In this document: one piece after another, positions 49,706-58,914 of the stretch
How the letters are laid out: every line of letters starts with the position of its first letter
How positions within the stretch are numbered: position 1 is the stretch's first letter
Program-made: the position numbers and the translations under genes
Notes under the pieces: generated by a model
Database searches by the model: none
Seen by the model: the letters and a program-made list of their open reading frames with translations, nothing else
Told to the model about the DNA's origin: nothing
Source of the DNA: an uncultured Acidobacteriaceae bacterium
Lineage (GTDB): Bacteria; Acidobacteriota; Terriglobia; Terriglobales; Acidobacteriaceae
Length of the DNA stretch: 64,000 bases
Assembly (NCBI GenBank): GCA_903828675.1
Contig: CAIKND010000213.1
Location: forward strand, 29,114-93,113
Direction of reading: 5' to 3'

Positions 49706-49736
49706 TTGAATCAATCTGTCGGCCAGGAAGTGAGAA

Positions 49737-50120
49737 GAGACTCGTGCGAAGAAGCTCATTGTTCGATGTCCCATGCGGGCTCTGTGTCAGGGCACGACTT
49801 CAAAGCCTGCACTGAGCGAAGTCGAAGTGTGCCGCAAGTAATTGAAAATACACAAGTACTTCACAGGCTGCGGAAGAGCTCGTCCGGGTGATATGCCGGG
49901 GATTTATCCCCGGCATAAGCGCCGCAGAATGAACGAGGGCTTTACAGGTTGCGGGAAAACTCAATATCCGAACTCTATTGGCGAGCTTTGCGTCAGGGCA
50001 CGACTTCAGTCGTGCCGCAATCCGCTGAAAACAAACCTGGGCCTTAGCCCCTGAGGGATGCGTTCCCGGCTTTCCCTCTCAATTCAAGCCTTATTCCGCA
50101 GCCTGTTTAGCCTCTGAGGT
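49737..50120. mobile_element. Nested MITE-like elements
   Basis: Inner element 49945-50105 (CAGGTTGCGG / CCGCAGCCTG) flanked by TTTA direct repeats (49941-44, 50106-09), inside an element starting CAGGCTGCGG at 49864, itself following a third related segment from about 49737. Confidence 0.75.
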
Positions 50121-50328
50121 GGCTTTCTCGATGATTCAGATTTATTGGGCAAGACGGAAAAGTTTAGGCGAGCAAGGCCCACCGGATTTGCCCGCTCTTT
50201 GCCCATAAGACCGAATTGACTAGAAGATAACTTACGATCAGCCGGCTGCCTGTTTACCGACACTGTACGCCTTGCCGGCAATCCAACCACAATGCCAGCT
50301 CCGCACCATCATCCGCCACCCACAGCAA

Positions 50329-50363
50329 TGTCATCCTGAACGAAGTGAAGGATCCGCGGTTGC
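50329..50363. repeat. REP-like motif (TGTCATCCTGA...GAAGGA family)
   Basis: TGTCATCCTGAACGAAGTGAAGGATCCGCGGTTGC, related to 31086-31129. Confidence 0.7.
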
Positions 50364-50441
50364 CTTTGAGAGTTTCAAATTGGCGTTACTTCCGAATTAC
50401 CGACGATCCTCTCGGGACTGGTCCTGTGAGTGAGTTTCGGT

Positions 50442-50900
50442 CTACCAAATGACATCGAATGACCGGGGTTCCCAGATACCTTTTGTCTCGCTGATACTAA
50501 CCATGCCTTCGCCGGACCAACGTTCAACATTCACACCATCCAACCTTGTGAATTGATAGTAGAGAAAGATCTGATCTGACATGTCACGTCTATTCTTGAG
50601 CCTCCACTCGAATGCGCGAGCCTTGAGATCGGTGTGCGTGCAGTCTATGGCATGGCCGTCGGCCAAACACTTTCCCTGCCGGATATCTGCTAGGAAAGAT
50701 TCTGCGGCAGTTTCAGGTGCGCGATCTCTGAAAGGATTAAAGAGCGTGAGGCCCGTGACTTCTTCTGAGTAATCGGTACAACTACAGCTGGCAAAGAGAT
50801 GCAGCAATACCGGGTGACGGTGGCGTGCGACTACCAGGGCGGCGACAAACCCGGCGGCGGAAACCAACAGGACGGCGGCCACAATTCTCAATCGTTTCAT
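50442..50900 (-). CDS. Hypothetical secreted or membrane-anchored protein
   Basis: N-terminal hydrophobic segment; GAGGA RBS; several Cys; no family recognised. Confidence 0.55.
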   Translation of the reverse strand: MKRLRIVAAVLLVSAAGFVAALVVARHRHPVLLHLFASCSCTDYSEEVTGLTLFNPFRDRAPETAAESFLADIRQGKCLADGHAIDCTHTDLKARAFEWRLKNRRDMSDQIFLYYQFTRLDGVNVERWSGEGMVSISETKGIWEPRSFDVIW

Positions 50901-51275
50901 AGCTTATCCTCCAGCGTCGACCAATCCCAAATACTCTAGCTGTGAGATCGTCAAGAGAATGAATCAATTGGGTCCGTTGCAGCAGGTGTTGCCGTCACCG
51001 ATTGCACGCTCCGATCGTATCACCGCCAACTCGTCAGTTACTAGCTGGTGAACATCTCAGCATCGCTGTTGCCAGTCGAATCCTGGAATCGAACCAATTC
51101 CTGAACAACGTCTTGCGAACCGCTGATTTTAGCCCGGAAACTGACTCTTCAGGAAAGTCGCGGATTCAGGGGAAGCTGGCAGTCTTTGCGATTCTTTGGG
51201 CAAAGCCCCGGAATGTTTGCTTTTCGGTCCCTTCGCTCCAAGTTCCTGCCTTTTCCCGCATCCTCTTCACGCCAT

Positions 51276-53663
51276 TCAGAGCCTGGCCGCGGCTTTCTCC
51301 CCCGAATAGGCCAGCACCTTGTCCGGCGCGCTTGTGACCTCGCCGCCTGTACCGTGTCCCGCGCTCACAACCACCACATTGAAGGTGTGACGCGCGGCCA
51401 TTCCCTTGTAGCTTCCCTGCCGGGCGCCAACGGTCAGAGTCCGGGTCGCATTGTCCCAGTGGATCGGGATAATCGAGTGGGCTCCCTGTGCGTAGCGATA
51501 GCTGTCGCCCTCGTCCTCATAGAGGTTGAAGTCGCCATCTTTCCCCGCATAGATGCGCAGTTCGATGGGATCCGTGGCCTGTCCGGCATATTCGATCGCC
51601 GGTCCCATCGGCAGAATCGTCCCTTCCCGCACATCCAGAGGAATCCGTCCGATCGGGGCCGCGACATTGATCTCGGTGCCGCCCTCGGTCCGCTCGCCGG
51701 TCCAGAAGTCATACCAGCCCGTTCCGGCCGGAAGATAGACTCCGCGACCAGTGGCGTGTTCCTTCAGCACCGGGCTTACCAGGATCGCCGGGCCGAAAAG
51801 GAATTCATCCCCGATCTCCCAAGTAGCTCGATCCGCGCGGAAGTCCATCACCAGGGGCCGCTGAATCGTGTAGTCCTCGTCCGTCACCTTCCATGCCAGC
51901 GAGTAGACGTAGGGTAGGAGCCGGTAGCGCAGACGATCGATCGCCAGCAGCGACGGATACACCTTGTCGTAGGTCCAAAGTTCGTTATGATCGCGGTGTC
52001 CGTGCGTGCGGAAGACCGGGCAGAACGCCCCGTACTCAAACCAGCGCGCATACAGTTCCTGGTACGCCGGCTCGTTGGCCGCGCCTGGGTACGGCTGGTG
52101 GTATCCGCCGATATCGGTGGTCCAATAGGGATAACCAGAAAGTGCAAAATTCAGCCCCGCAGCCACCTGATGGCGCAGCGCCCACCATGTGCTGTACACA
52201 TCGCCCGACCACACCGTGGCTCCCACGCGCTGCTGCCCCAGGAATGCCGAGCGTGTCAACAGAAACACGCGCTTCTCCTGGTTCGCCTGCTTCCAATGGT
52301 CCTGCACGCCGAGGTTATGCGCGAACGGAAAGATATTGGTGTATTCGAGGCCGCTGCCGATAGCCAGTTGCTTGTAACGCAGAATCGCATCGCCCACATG
52401 CGGCCAGTGTTCTTCCGGCTCCGCGCTGTCGAGCCAGAATGCGTCCCATCCTTGCGCAAAGAGCTTGCCTGCCAGTTGGTTCCAGAAGAACTCGCGCCCT
52501 GCGGCGTTGGTCGGATCATAGACCCGCGTTCCCGGGATCTCGAATCCTTGCCGATGGATTTCTTGATAATTCTTCGAATCCTCGTCCATCAGCCCCCACA
52601 CCGAGATCATGGCGTGAACGTGCTCTTCATGCAGCGCTTTCAATTCAGCAGGCACATCGGTATACCCGGCATTGAACTCGGGATCGCCCTCGCCGCCATG
52701 CTTCCACCAGAACCAGTCCTGCACAATGGCGTCCATTGGGATATGCCGGGCACGATACTGGCCGGCGACATCCAGGATCTCGGCCTGTGTCTGGTAGCGG
52801 TCTTTGGATTGGAAGAGCCCGTAGGCCCATTGCGGAAACATGGGGGCGTGGCCGGTCAGCGACCGGTATTCGTGGATAATCCCGTCCATCTCCGGCCCGT
52901 AGAGAACGTAGTAATCCACCTGGTCTGCCGCCATGGACTCAAAACTGAGCTCCAGCGGAAAGCGGTTGTCCATGTAGCTGAAAGAGGCGGTATTCCACAA
53001 GATGCCGTACCCCTTGCTGGACAGCAGCAGCGGAATTGCGACATCGGTGTTGTTCTGGCCCAGTTCTACCGTGCTGCCGCGATAGTTGAACACGCCGCTC
53101 TGGTGCTGCCCAAGCCCGTAGACGGCCTCGGTGGCCTCGGGCCGGAAGCGGTCCTCAAGCTGGTAGAGCCCCGGCGAGCCCAGTGGACTGTATGTCCGCG
53201 GCACATTAGAATTCTCGTGCAGTAGCGTCTCGCCCTTGAGAGTTTTAACGGTCAGGCTACCCTCCCGTCCAGAGAGGGAGATGGTCAGCTTAGACGTAGT
53301 CAGTGTTGTCGTGTCACCGGATTGGCTGAACTGAAAACCCACCCCAGGGCAGGACTGCGCCTTGTCGAGCATCCACGGCCTTGAGGCGGACGATGCCGGT
53401 GCGCCCAAGGGGTGGGCAACCACGTGCAGCAGTGAATCCCCGCAGACCGTCACCTCAAGAACTTCACTGTCATTGTGCGCCGATAGGCCCCCCAGCGTGT
53501 GCACAACCTGCATCATGCCAGGACGCGGAACGTCCCCGGTGACCGTCTGGGCAATCGAGGGAATTGCGAGAAACGGCGAGAAGACAAGGGTGGACAGAGC
53601 CGTCCAGCAGCCGTAATTGCGTAGCTTGATCAAGACCCACCTCGTTAGTTGTAGCTGTAGCAT
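51276..53663 (-). CDS. Glycoside hydrolase family 31 (alpha-xylosidase/glucosidase-like), secreted
   Basis: IPMDAIVQDW, FWLDSAEPE (nucleophile), WSGDV (acid/base), YWTTDIGG, RWFEYGAFCPVFRTHG. Start trimmed below the terminator at 53676-53702; exact start uncertain. Confidence 0.92.
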   Translation of the reverse strand: MLQLQLTRWVLIKLRNYGCWTALSTLVFSPFLAIPSIAQTVTGDVPRPGMMQVVHTLGGLSAHNDSEVLEVTVCGDSLLHVVAHPLGAPASSASRPWMLDKAQSCPGVGFQFSQSGDTTTLTTSKLTISLSGREGSLTVKTLKGETLLHENSNVPRTYSPLGSPGLYQLEDRFRPEATEAVYGLGQHQSGVFNYRGSTVELGQNNTDVAIPLLLSSKGYGILWNTASFSYMDNRFPLELSFESMAADQVDYYVLYGPEMDGIIHEYRSLTGHAPMFPQWAYGLFQSKDRYQTQAEILDVAGQYRARHIPMDAIVQDWFWWKHGGEGDPEFNAGYTDVPAELKALHEEHVHAMISVWGLMDEDSKNYQEIHRQGFEIPGTRVYDPTNAAGREFFWNQLAGKLFAQGWDAFWLDSAEPEEHWPHVGDAILRYKQLAIGSGLEYTNIFPFAHNLGVQDHWKQANQEKRVFLLTRSAFLGQQRVGATVWSGDVYSTWWALRHQVAAGLNFALSGYPYWTTDIGGYHQPYPGAANEPAYQELYARWFEYGAFCPVFRTHGHRDHNELWTYDKVYPSLLAIDRLRYRLLPYVYSLAWKVTDEDYTIQRPLVMDFRADRATWEIGDEFLFGPAILVSPVLKEHATGRGVYLPAGTGWYDFWTGERTEGGTEINVAAPIGRIPLDVREGTILPMGPAIEYAGQATDPIELRIYAGKDGDFNLYEDEGDSYRYAQGAHSIIPIHWDNATRTLTVGARQGSYKGMAARHTFNVVVVSAGHGTGGEVTSAPDKVLAYSGEKAAARL

Positions 53664-53669
53664 ATAGGA

Positions 53670-53703
53670 AATAAAACGGCCTCCGCACATGGCAGAGGCC
53701 GTC
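53670..53703 (-). terminator. Intrinsic terminator after the TPR lipoprotein gene
   Basis: Minus strand GACGGCCTCTGCCATGTGCGGAGGCCGTTTTATTT. Confidence 0.8.
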
Positions 53704-53728
53704 GGTGTTGATGGACAGAATAAGTTGC

Positions 53729-54565
53729 CTATTTCAGGTTGCCGTTCGAATCCATGGTGATGCCGCCGGGCCCAGCGTTCTTCTTCTCTTCGTTGGCCTT
53801 GCGAACTCCCATCGCCTTGGTGCGCCAATCTTCTGCCGCAGCAATGTCAGCCTTGACGGCTGCAGCATCTCCAAAATCCACATCCGCCTTGCGCCGATAG
53901 ATCAGGTTTAGATAAGCCATGGCCTCGTCATAGTTAGCGCGATTCTGGTTGGCCTGAAGGAGATACTGCAGGCCTTCTGCAACCAACTCGGAATTCTGTG
54001 CCTTGAGGGGGTCCATAACCTTCTTGGGCACCTTGACGTTGCCCGCGCCGTCGTCGTTGAAGCCGGCAGCTTGCAGGGCCGACAACACGTTTTTGTGCGC
54101 CTGATCCCAGTCAATCACGCCGATTGTGTAAGCGGCCTCGGGATCTTTCGGATCAGCCTGCAGAACCTTCTTCTGCCATTCCTTGGCGTCGTCCATCTTA
54201 TGAATCTGGTAATAGATGCCAGCGATCTGTTTCAGGCTGTTAACGTCGTGCGGGTCCTTGACCAGTACGTCCTTGAAGATGTCGATGGCCTGTTGGGCCG
54301 TCTTCAGGTTTTCCTGCGTCTCCAGTCCGGGAACCACATTCTGGGCCAACGCTGTGGCCAGATAGGTCTTCGCCATGGGCAGACTCGGGTCAAGCTGAGT
54401 GGCCTTCTGGAAGTGACCGATCGCCTCTTCGTAGTGGGCGCTTTTGTACGCCTCCACTCCCTTGTTTAATTGGTCACGGGCTGCAAGCTGGTTGCACCCG
54501 CTCATGGTAAGCACCATGCCGGCCAGGGTAACCGCGAGCGCCGTAATACGTGCGGGTCCATTCAT
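53729..54565 (-). CDS. TPR-repeat lipoprotein
   Basis: LTMSGC lipobox; TPR-like 'YEEAIGHFQKATQLDP' and 'KKVLQADPKDPEAAYTIG'. Confidence 0.82.
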   Translation of the reverse strand: MNGPARITALAVTLAGMVLTMSGCNQLAARDQLNKGVEAYKSAHYEEAIGHFQKATQLDPSLPMAKTYLATALAQNVVPGLETQENLKTAQQAIDIFKDVLVKDPHDVNSLKQIAGIYYQIHKMDDAKEWQKKVLQADPKDPEAAYTIGVIDWDQAHKNVLSALQAAGFNDDGAGNVKVPKKVMDPLKAQNSELVAEGLQYLLQANQNRANYDEAMAYLNLIYRRKADVDFGDAAAVKADIAAAEDWRTKAMGVRKANEEKKNAGPGGITMDSNGNLK

Positions 54566-54880
54566 GTTCGTATCCTTCTCCTTCAGGCGAGTGCCTATCG
54601 GTTGCGCGCCTGGAATCTATTGCCACTGGCCGCGGGCGGGAGCAACCGAAACCAGGATCAAAAAAGAATTGTACTCCAGTTTCCGCCCGGACAAATTCAT
54701 TCCGAACGTGGCTGGGATCTCAGGGACAATCTGGAATATTGTAGCTATTCCAGCAGCCCATCGGCCAGCCTGAATCTTTGGCGCCTTGGGTGCGATGCAA
54801 CCGGTTCCTGCCAGATGGCTGGGCCCTATTGCCCTGGCGCGCCTTTCCCTCTTAAGAGAAAGACGCCACCGTGCGCCCTG

Positions 54881-55318
54881 CTATTGGCCGGCCTGAATCT
54901 TCGGCGTCATCAACCCTATGTGATCCACACCGACCGCTCGGCCCGTATCGATCACGTCTGCGATGTAGGCGAAGTTTAGATCGTCATCGCCGCGAACAAA
55001 CATGACCTTCTCAGCCCGGTTGGCATAGATTGTGTCAAGACGGGTTTTCAAATCCGTCTTGGCCACATCGTCCTCGTTGATCTTGTATGTTGGCGCCGCG
55101 CCGGGATGGTAGAAGACCTGCACGACAATTGTGCGGTCATTCTTAATCTGCTCCGGCTGCTGAGTCTTTGGAGGCTGAGGCACCAGCGCATCCAAGCCCT
55201 TGGGCGTCACCGGCACGATGACCATGAAGATGATCAACAATACCAGAAGAACGTCGATCATGGGCGTAACATTGATGTCGGACGAGTAGCCTCCCCCGCC
55301 TCCCATTGACATTGCCAT
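54881..55318 (-). CDS. exbD: ExbD/TolR family protein
   Basis: DINVTPMIDVLLVLLIIFMV with conserved Asp; FVRGDDDLNF. Confidence 0.9.
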   Translation of the reverse strand: MAMSMGGGGGYSSDINVTPMIDVLLVLLIIFMVIVPVTPKGLDALVPQPPKTQQPEQIKNDRTIVVQVFYHPGAAPTYKINEDDVAKTDLKTRLDTIYANRAEKVMFVRGDDDLNFAYIADVIDTGRAVGVDHIGLMTPKIQAGQ

Positions 55319-55375
55319 GGCTTAAAACTCCTCGTTTACTGCGGAATCGTTATAGAGACAGCATAGCTGCAAAAC

Positions 55376-55816
55376 TTATTCGCCGCCTGATAGGTTGCCT
55401 TCGCGCTTTTGCGTTAGCAAGCCCACTTCATCCACGCCGGCAGTACGCACGTCGTCGATGGCGTCTTCAACAGCTTTGTACTGTGCGCGCGCATCTGCGC
55501 GAACATATATCGTTTTGCCAGGCTTGTCAGAAAGTTTATCGCGAACCAACCTTCCAAGCTCGCTGGGGGCCACCTTGTCCTGCCCAAGAAACAAGCCACC
55601 ATCACGAGTAACCGCGACGACGATAGCGTCTTCCTTGTCAGCGTCCGGCATGGCAACGGCGTTGTCCACCTTGGCCATGTCGACCTGGACCTTGTTTTGA
55701 AGCATGGGGGTGATGACCATGAAGATGATGAGTAGAACCAGCATCACGTCCACCATTGGTGTGACGTTGATATTGGAACTGACAGCTTTGCTTACGTCAC
55801 GTACCGCTATTCCCAT
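55376..55816 (-). CDS. exbD: ExbD/TolR family protein
   Basis: NINVTPMVDVMLVLLIIFMV; IYVRADARAQY. Confidence 0.9.
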   Translation of the reverse strand: MGIAVRDVSKAVSSNINVTPMVDVMLVLLIIFMVITPMLQNKVQVDMAKVDNAVAMPDADKEDAIVVAVTRDGGLFLGQDKVAPSELGRLVRDKLSDKPGKTIYVRADARAQYKAVEDAIDDVRTAGVDEVGLLTQKREGNLSGGE

Positions 55817-55972
55817 TGTCGGGGCTCCGTGCGTTTGAATTTTTTGTACCGGATCCCGTCCGGCTTTACTCTCGAACTAGATGGCTTGCGTGAGGTTGAA
55901 ACCGGCGGGCAGGAGAGACTTGCAACTCCCCTGCCCTCCGCAGCTTCTCGCTCGAGCCGTGAGCCGCCTCGC

Positions 55973-56713
55973 TTAGCGCTTGTGGCTCTGCTTGATGAAG
56001 TAGTCGACCAGTTCGCTAGAGGAGTTGTCCATTTCGACGTCGAACGCCTCAACGCGGCCGGTGAAGTAGTTGAATGCCATGACAGCGGGGATGGCCACAA
56101 GCAGGCCGAAAGCCGTGGTGACCAGGGCTTCCGAGATGCCGCCAGCAACCGCGCCGATACCTGAGGTCTTCTGGGTGGCGATCTGCTGGAAGGCGTGCAG
56201 AATACCGATGACGGTGCCCAGCAGTCCAACGAACGGTGCAGTGGCGCCGATGGTGGCCAGAACTGCAAGGCCCCTCTTCAGCTTGGCGTGGACGATGGCC
56301 TCAGCCCTCTCCAACGCGCGGCCCGAACTAGCAATCGTCTCGTCTGTAGGTGAGCCGCCGGAAGAGCGGAACTCCTGCAGGCCAGCCGTTACAACCTCGG
56401 CCAGGTGGGACTTCTTGTTGCGGTCGGCGATCTTGATCGCCTCTTCAAGCTTGCTGTCCTTCAGGGCGCCGGCAACCTTGGGCGCGAATTCGCGCGACTG
56501 CTTGCGGGCTGCGGAGAAGTACAGGTAGCGGTCGATCATAACGGCCAACGACCAGATCGACTCGACAAAAAGAGTGACGGCGATGAAGCGCACGGGCCAA
56601 CCCATGTTTTCCCAAAGCTGCATGGGGCTGAAACCGACCGTCTGCTCTTCCTGGAAAAGTGCCAGGCTGCTGACCGTGTGCGAAGCGAAGTGTGTGAGCT
56701 GAGCGAGAATCAC
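55973..56713 (-). CDS. exbB: ExbB/TolQ/MotA proton-channel protein
   Basis: LATIGATAPFVGLLGTVIGI, GISEALVTTAFGLLVAIPA. Confidence 0.92.
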   Translation of the reverse strand: MILAQLTHFASHTVSSLALFQEEQTVGFSPMQLWENMGWPVRFIAVTLFVESIWSLAVMIDRYLYFSAARKQSREFAPKVAGALKDSKLEEAIKIADRNKKSHLAEVVTAGLQEFRSSGGSPTDETIASSGRALERAEAIVHAKLKRGLAVLATIGATAPFVGLLGTVIGILHAFQQIATQKTSGIGAVAGGISEALVTTAFGLLVAIPAVMAFNYFTGRVEAFDVEMDNSSSELVDYFIKQSHKR

Positions 56714-56850
56714 TGAATCGTTCCTCCTAAGGAGTTTCTTGTGAACTAATACTGCCTTGCGGTTGCTGAGAATGCTGCTCTTTCCAGATTCGCATTCAAG
56801 TCAAAAGCGGGGCCCCTTGTCAAAGACGCAGCAGGGAGCCAGGGAGTTGG

Positions 56851-57570
56851 TCATCCACCCAGAGTAAAGATCACGTTCACCGTGGTCTCAACTTCGACCG
56901 GCTCGTTATTGAGCAGGTAGGGCTTGTAGCGCCAGGACTTCACGGCGTCCATGGCGGCCTGTTGCAACATAGCCGGTCCACTGATCACGTGGAGACCTTC
57001 AATTGTTCCGGACTTCGAGATGGTGGCCTGTAAAACCACCGTCCCGGAAACACGGGCTGCCTTGGCAATCGGCGGATAGACAGGCTGAGTCTTCTGAAGC
57101 AGCATGCCCACGGCTACGCCGGCTGAAATATTGACCTTCTTCGGAACAGCGGCTTTCACCTTGGGTCCGCCACTTCCAAACAGGCTGTCGGTGACGCCCG
57201 TGTTGCTTCCTCCCAAACCTTCCATGCCGGCAACGCCGAAGCTTGAGGTGGGCGCTTCCTTCTCGGTAACGATGGTGACGTTATGCGGAATGCGCGTGGG
57301 GGCCGTCAGCTGGTTGTTCATCATCTCCGACTGCACATGCACAACATGCACTGCCTCCGGTGGAGGTGGCGGAGGAGGAGGAGGTGGCGGCGGAGGGGGT
57401 GCAAACAGCAATGTCTGCATAGCGCCCTTGGGCAGCGCCTCAGGGTAGATCAGCGGAATGAGAACCAGGAGAACAAGAACCGAGAAGTTGGCGATTCCTG
57501 TAAACATCGCCCAGCGTCCACTCTTGGTTTTGATCCTACCCGCGGATTCAAACGTGGAATCTTCAAACAT
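56851..57570 (-). CDS. tonB: TonB-family energy transducer
   Basis: N-terminal TM, run of at least 13 consecutive Pro, TonB_C 'YPPIAKAARVSGTVVL...AVKSWRYKP'. Confidence 0.9.
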   Translation of the reverse strand: MFEDSTFESAGRIKTKSGRWAMFTGIANFSVLVLLVLIPLIYPEALPKGAMQTLLFAPPPPPPPPPPPPPPEAVHVVHVQSEMMNNQLTAPTRIPHNVTIVTEKEAPTSSFGVAGMEGLGGSNTGVTDSLFGSGGPKVKAAVPKKVNISAGVAVGMLLQKTQPVYPPIAKAARVSGTVVLQATISKSGTIEGLHVISGPAMLQQAAMDAVKSWRYKPYLLNNEPVEVETTVNVIFTLGG

Positions 57571-57848
57571 GGCCAGCCTCGAATCGGGTGTTGGTTACCT
57601 CTACTTAGACACCGCGGAAACTGAAAATGTTCCCGAGCGTGAAAACGGTCTCTGAAGAAGCGTGATCACCTTATCAGAACAACGCCTCTCATGCAAAGCG
57701 TGCTCTAAAACCTGTGCAATTCCCAGCCCCCAAGCCGCCAAAAAACGCCGCACTCTGGAGCTGGTTGAAAGATTTTGTGCCTTGTCCGGGAAAACGTTCG
57801 CTCGCATTCACAAGCGAGCTTCAGGATACTCCCGGACGCCTCAAAAAA

Positions 57849-58811
57849 CTACACTCGTGCGCGTTTCGCGGCAGGTAGCGTTGTCCCCTTGCCGCTCTTT
57901 CCACGCCACTCCTGCCATGCAACCAGCATTGGAGCGGCCACAGCAATTGATGAATAGGTACCAATCAGAATACCCACCACGAGCGCAAATGAAAAGCCCC
58001 TCAACACCTGGCCGCCAAAAACATAAAGCGACAGCACGGTCAGGAAGGTAAGACCCGACGTGAGTACAGTTCTGCTCAGCGTCTGGTTAATGCTGCGATT
58101 AACGACATCCGGCAAGGCCTCTCTCCGGCTCAGGCGCAGGTTCTCGCGGATTCGGTCAAAAACGACGATGGTATCGTTCATCGAATAGCCCACGAGCGTC
58201 AGGATGGCCGCAATGACGGTCAGGCTGATCTCCTGCCCGGTAAGCGCAAAAAAGCCAACCGTGATCAGGGTGTCGTGGAAACAGGCAACAACTGCGGCCA
58301 CGCCGTAGATCAACTGGAAACGGAACCATAGATAGACCAGCATGCCCGCCATGGAGTAAAGCGTGGCGAGGCCGGCCTGCCGCTCAAGTTGCTTGCCCAC
58401 TGTGGGTCCGACTACCTGCACGTTACGCACCGTAAATTGATTGGCGTAGTGCGCATGCAGGGCATCGACGATCTGCTGGCGGCCCGCATCAAGCGAGCTC
58501 TCATTGGTCTGCTCGGGCAGGCTGATGAGTACCTCGTTGTTGCTGGCTACGTCATAGGCCACAACGCTGGCGTCCTTGATGCCCGCCTCGACAGTCGCCT
58601 GGCGAATTCTGCCTATATCGGGAGTTTGGGCAAACTGAAGCTGTACCTGTGTGCCGCCGCGAAAGTCCACGCTCAGGGGGACCGGACTGCCGATCTGCAC
58701 CCAGTGCATACTCATCGAGATGATGCCGGCAACGCTGAAGATCATAGAAAAGGCGAGGAAGTACCACTTCTTCCCAAGCCAGTCCACATTCACGCCGTGA
58801 AACAATTCCAC
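57849..58811 (-). CDS. secF: Protein translocase subunit SecF
   Basis: VDFRGGT, GYSMNDTIVVFDRIREN, SINQTLSRTVLTS; GTG start at 58811. Confidence 0.95.
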   Translation of the reverse strand: MELFHGVNVDWLGKKWYFLAFSMIFSVAGIISMSMHWVQIGSPVPLSVDFRGGTQVQLQFAQTPDIGRIRQATVEAGIKDASVVAYDVASNNEVLISLPEQTNESSLDAGRQQIVDALHAHYANQFTVRNVQVVGPTVGKQLERQAGLATLYSMAGMLVYLWFRFQLIYGVAAVVACFHDTLITVGFFALTGQEISLTVIAAILTLVGYSMNDTIVVFDRIRENLRLSRREALPDVVNRSINQTLSRTVLTSGLTFLTVLSLYVFGGQVLRGFSFALVVGILIGTYSSIAVAAPMLVAWQEWRGKSGKGTTLPAAKRARV

Positions 58812-58914
58812 TGGTTCTCTCCGCTTCCTGGGGCCGTAGTCCTTAAGGACTGCAGCGTTCAATGTTTTCTGCCGCCGGCCGGAATTGCCGGTCAGGCGGC
58901 CCTCGTCCCAAATC

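Noticed and set aside
48900-50440. CRISPR array, or short ORFs such as 49589-49891 and 49842-50054
   Set aside because: Repeats are not regularly spaced with unique spacers and no cas genes are present; the ORFs are translations of MITE and poly-C sequence.
51085-51095. GGTTCGATTCC tRNA T-loop-like motif (minus strand)
   Set aside because: The flanking T-stem does not pair and no cloverleaf can be built.
45093-53225. ORFs 45093-46247 (-) and 51987-53225 (+)
   Set aside because: Antisense shadows of lptD and the GH31 gene.
53664-53828. N-terminal extension of the GH31 ORF
   Set aside because: It overlaps the TPR gene end and crosses its intrinsic terminator.
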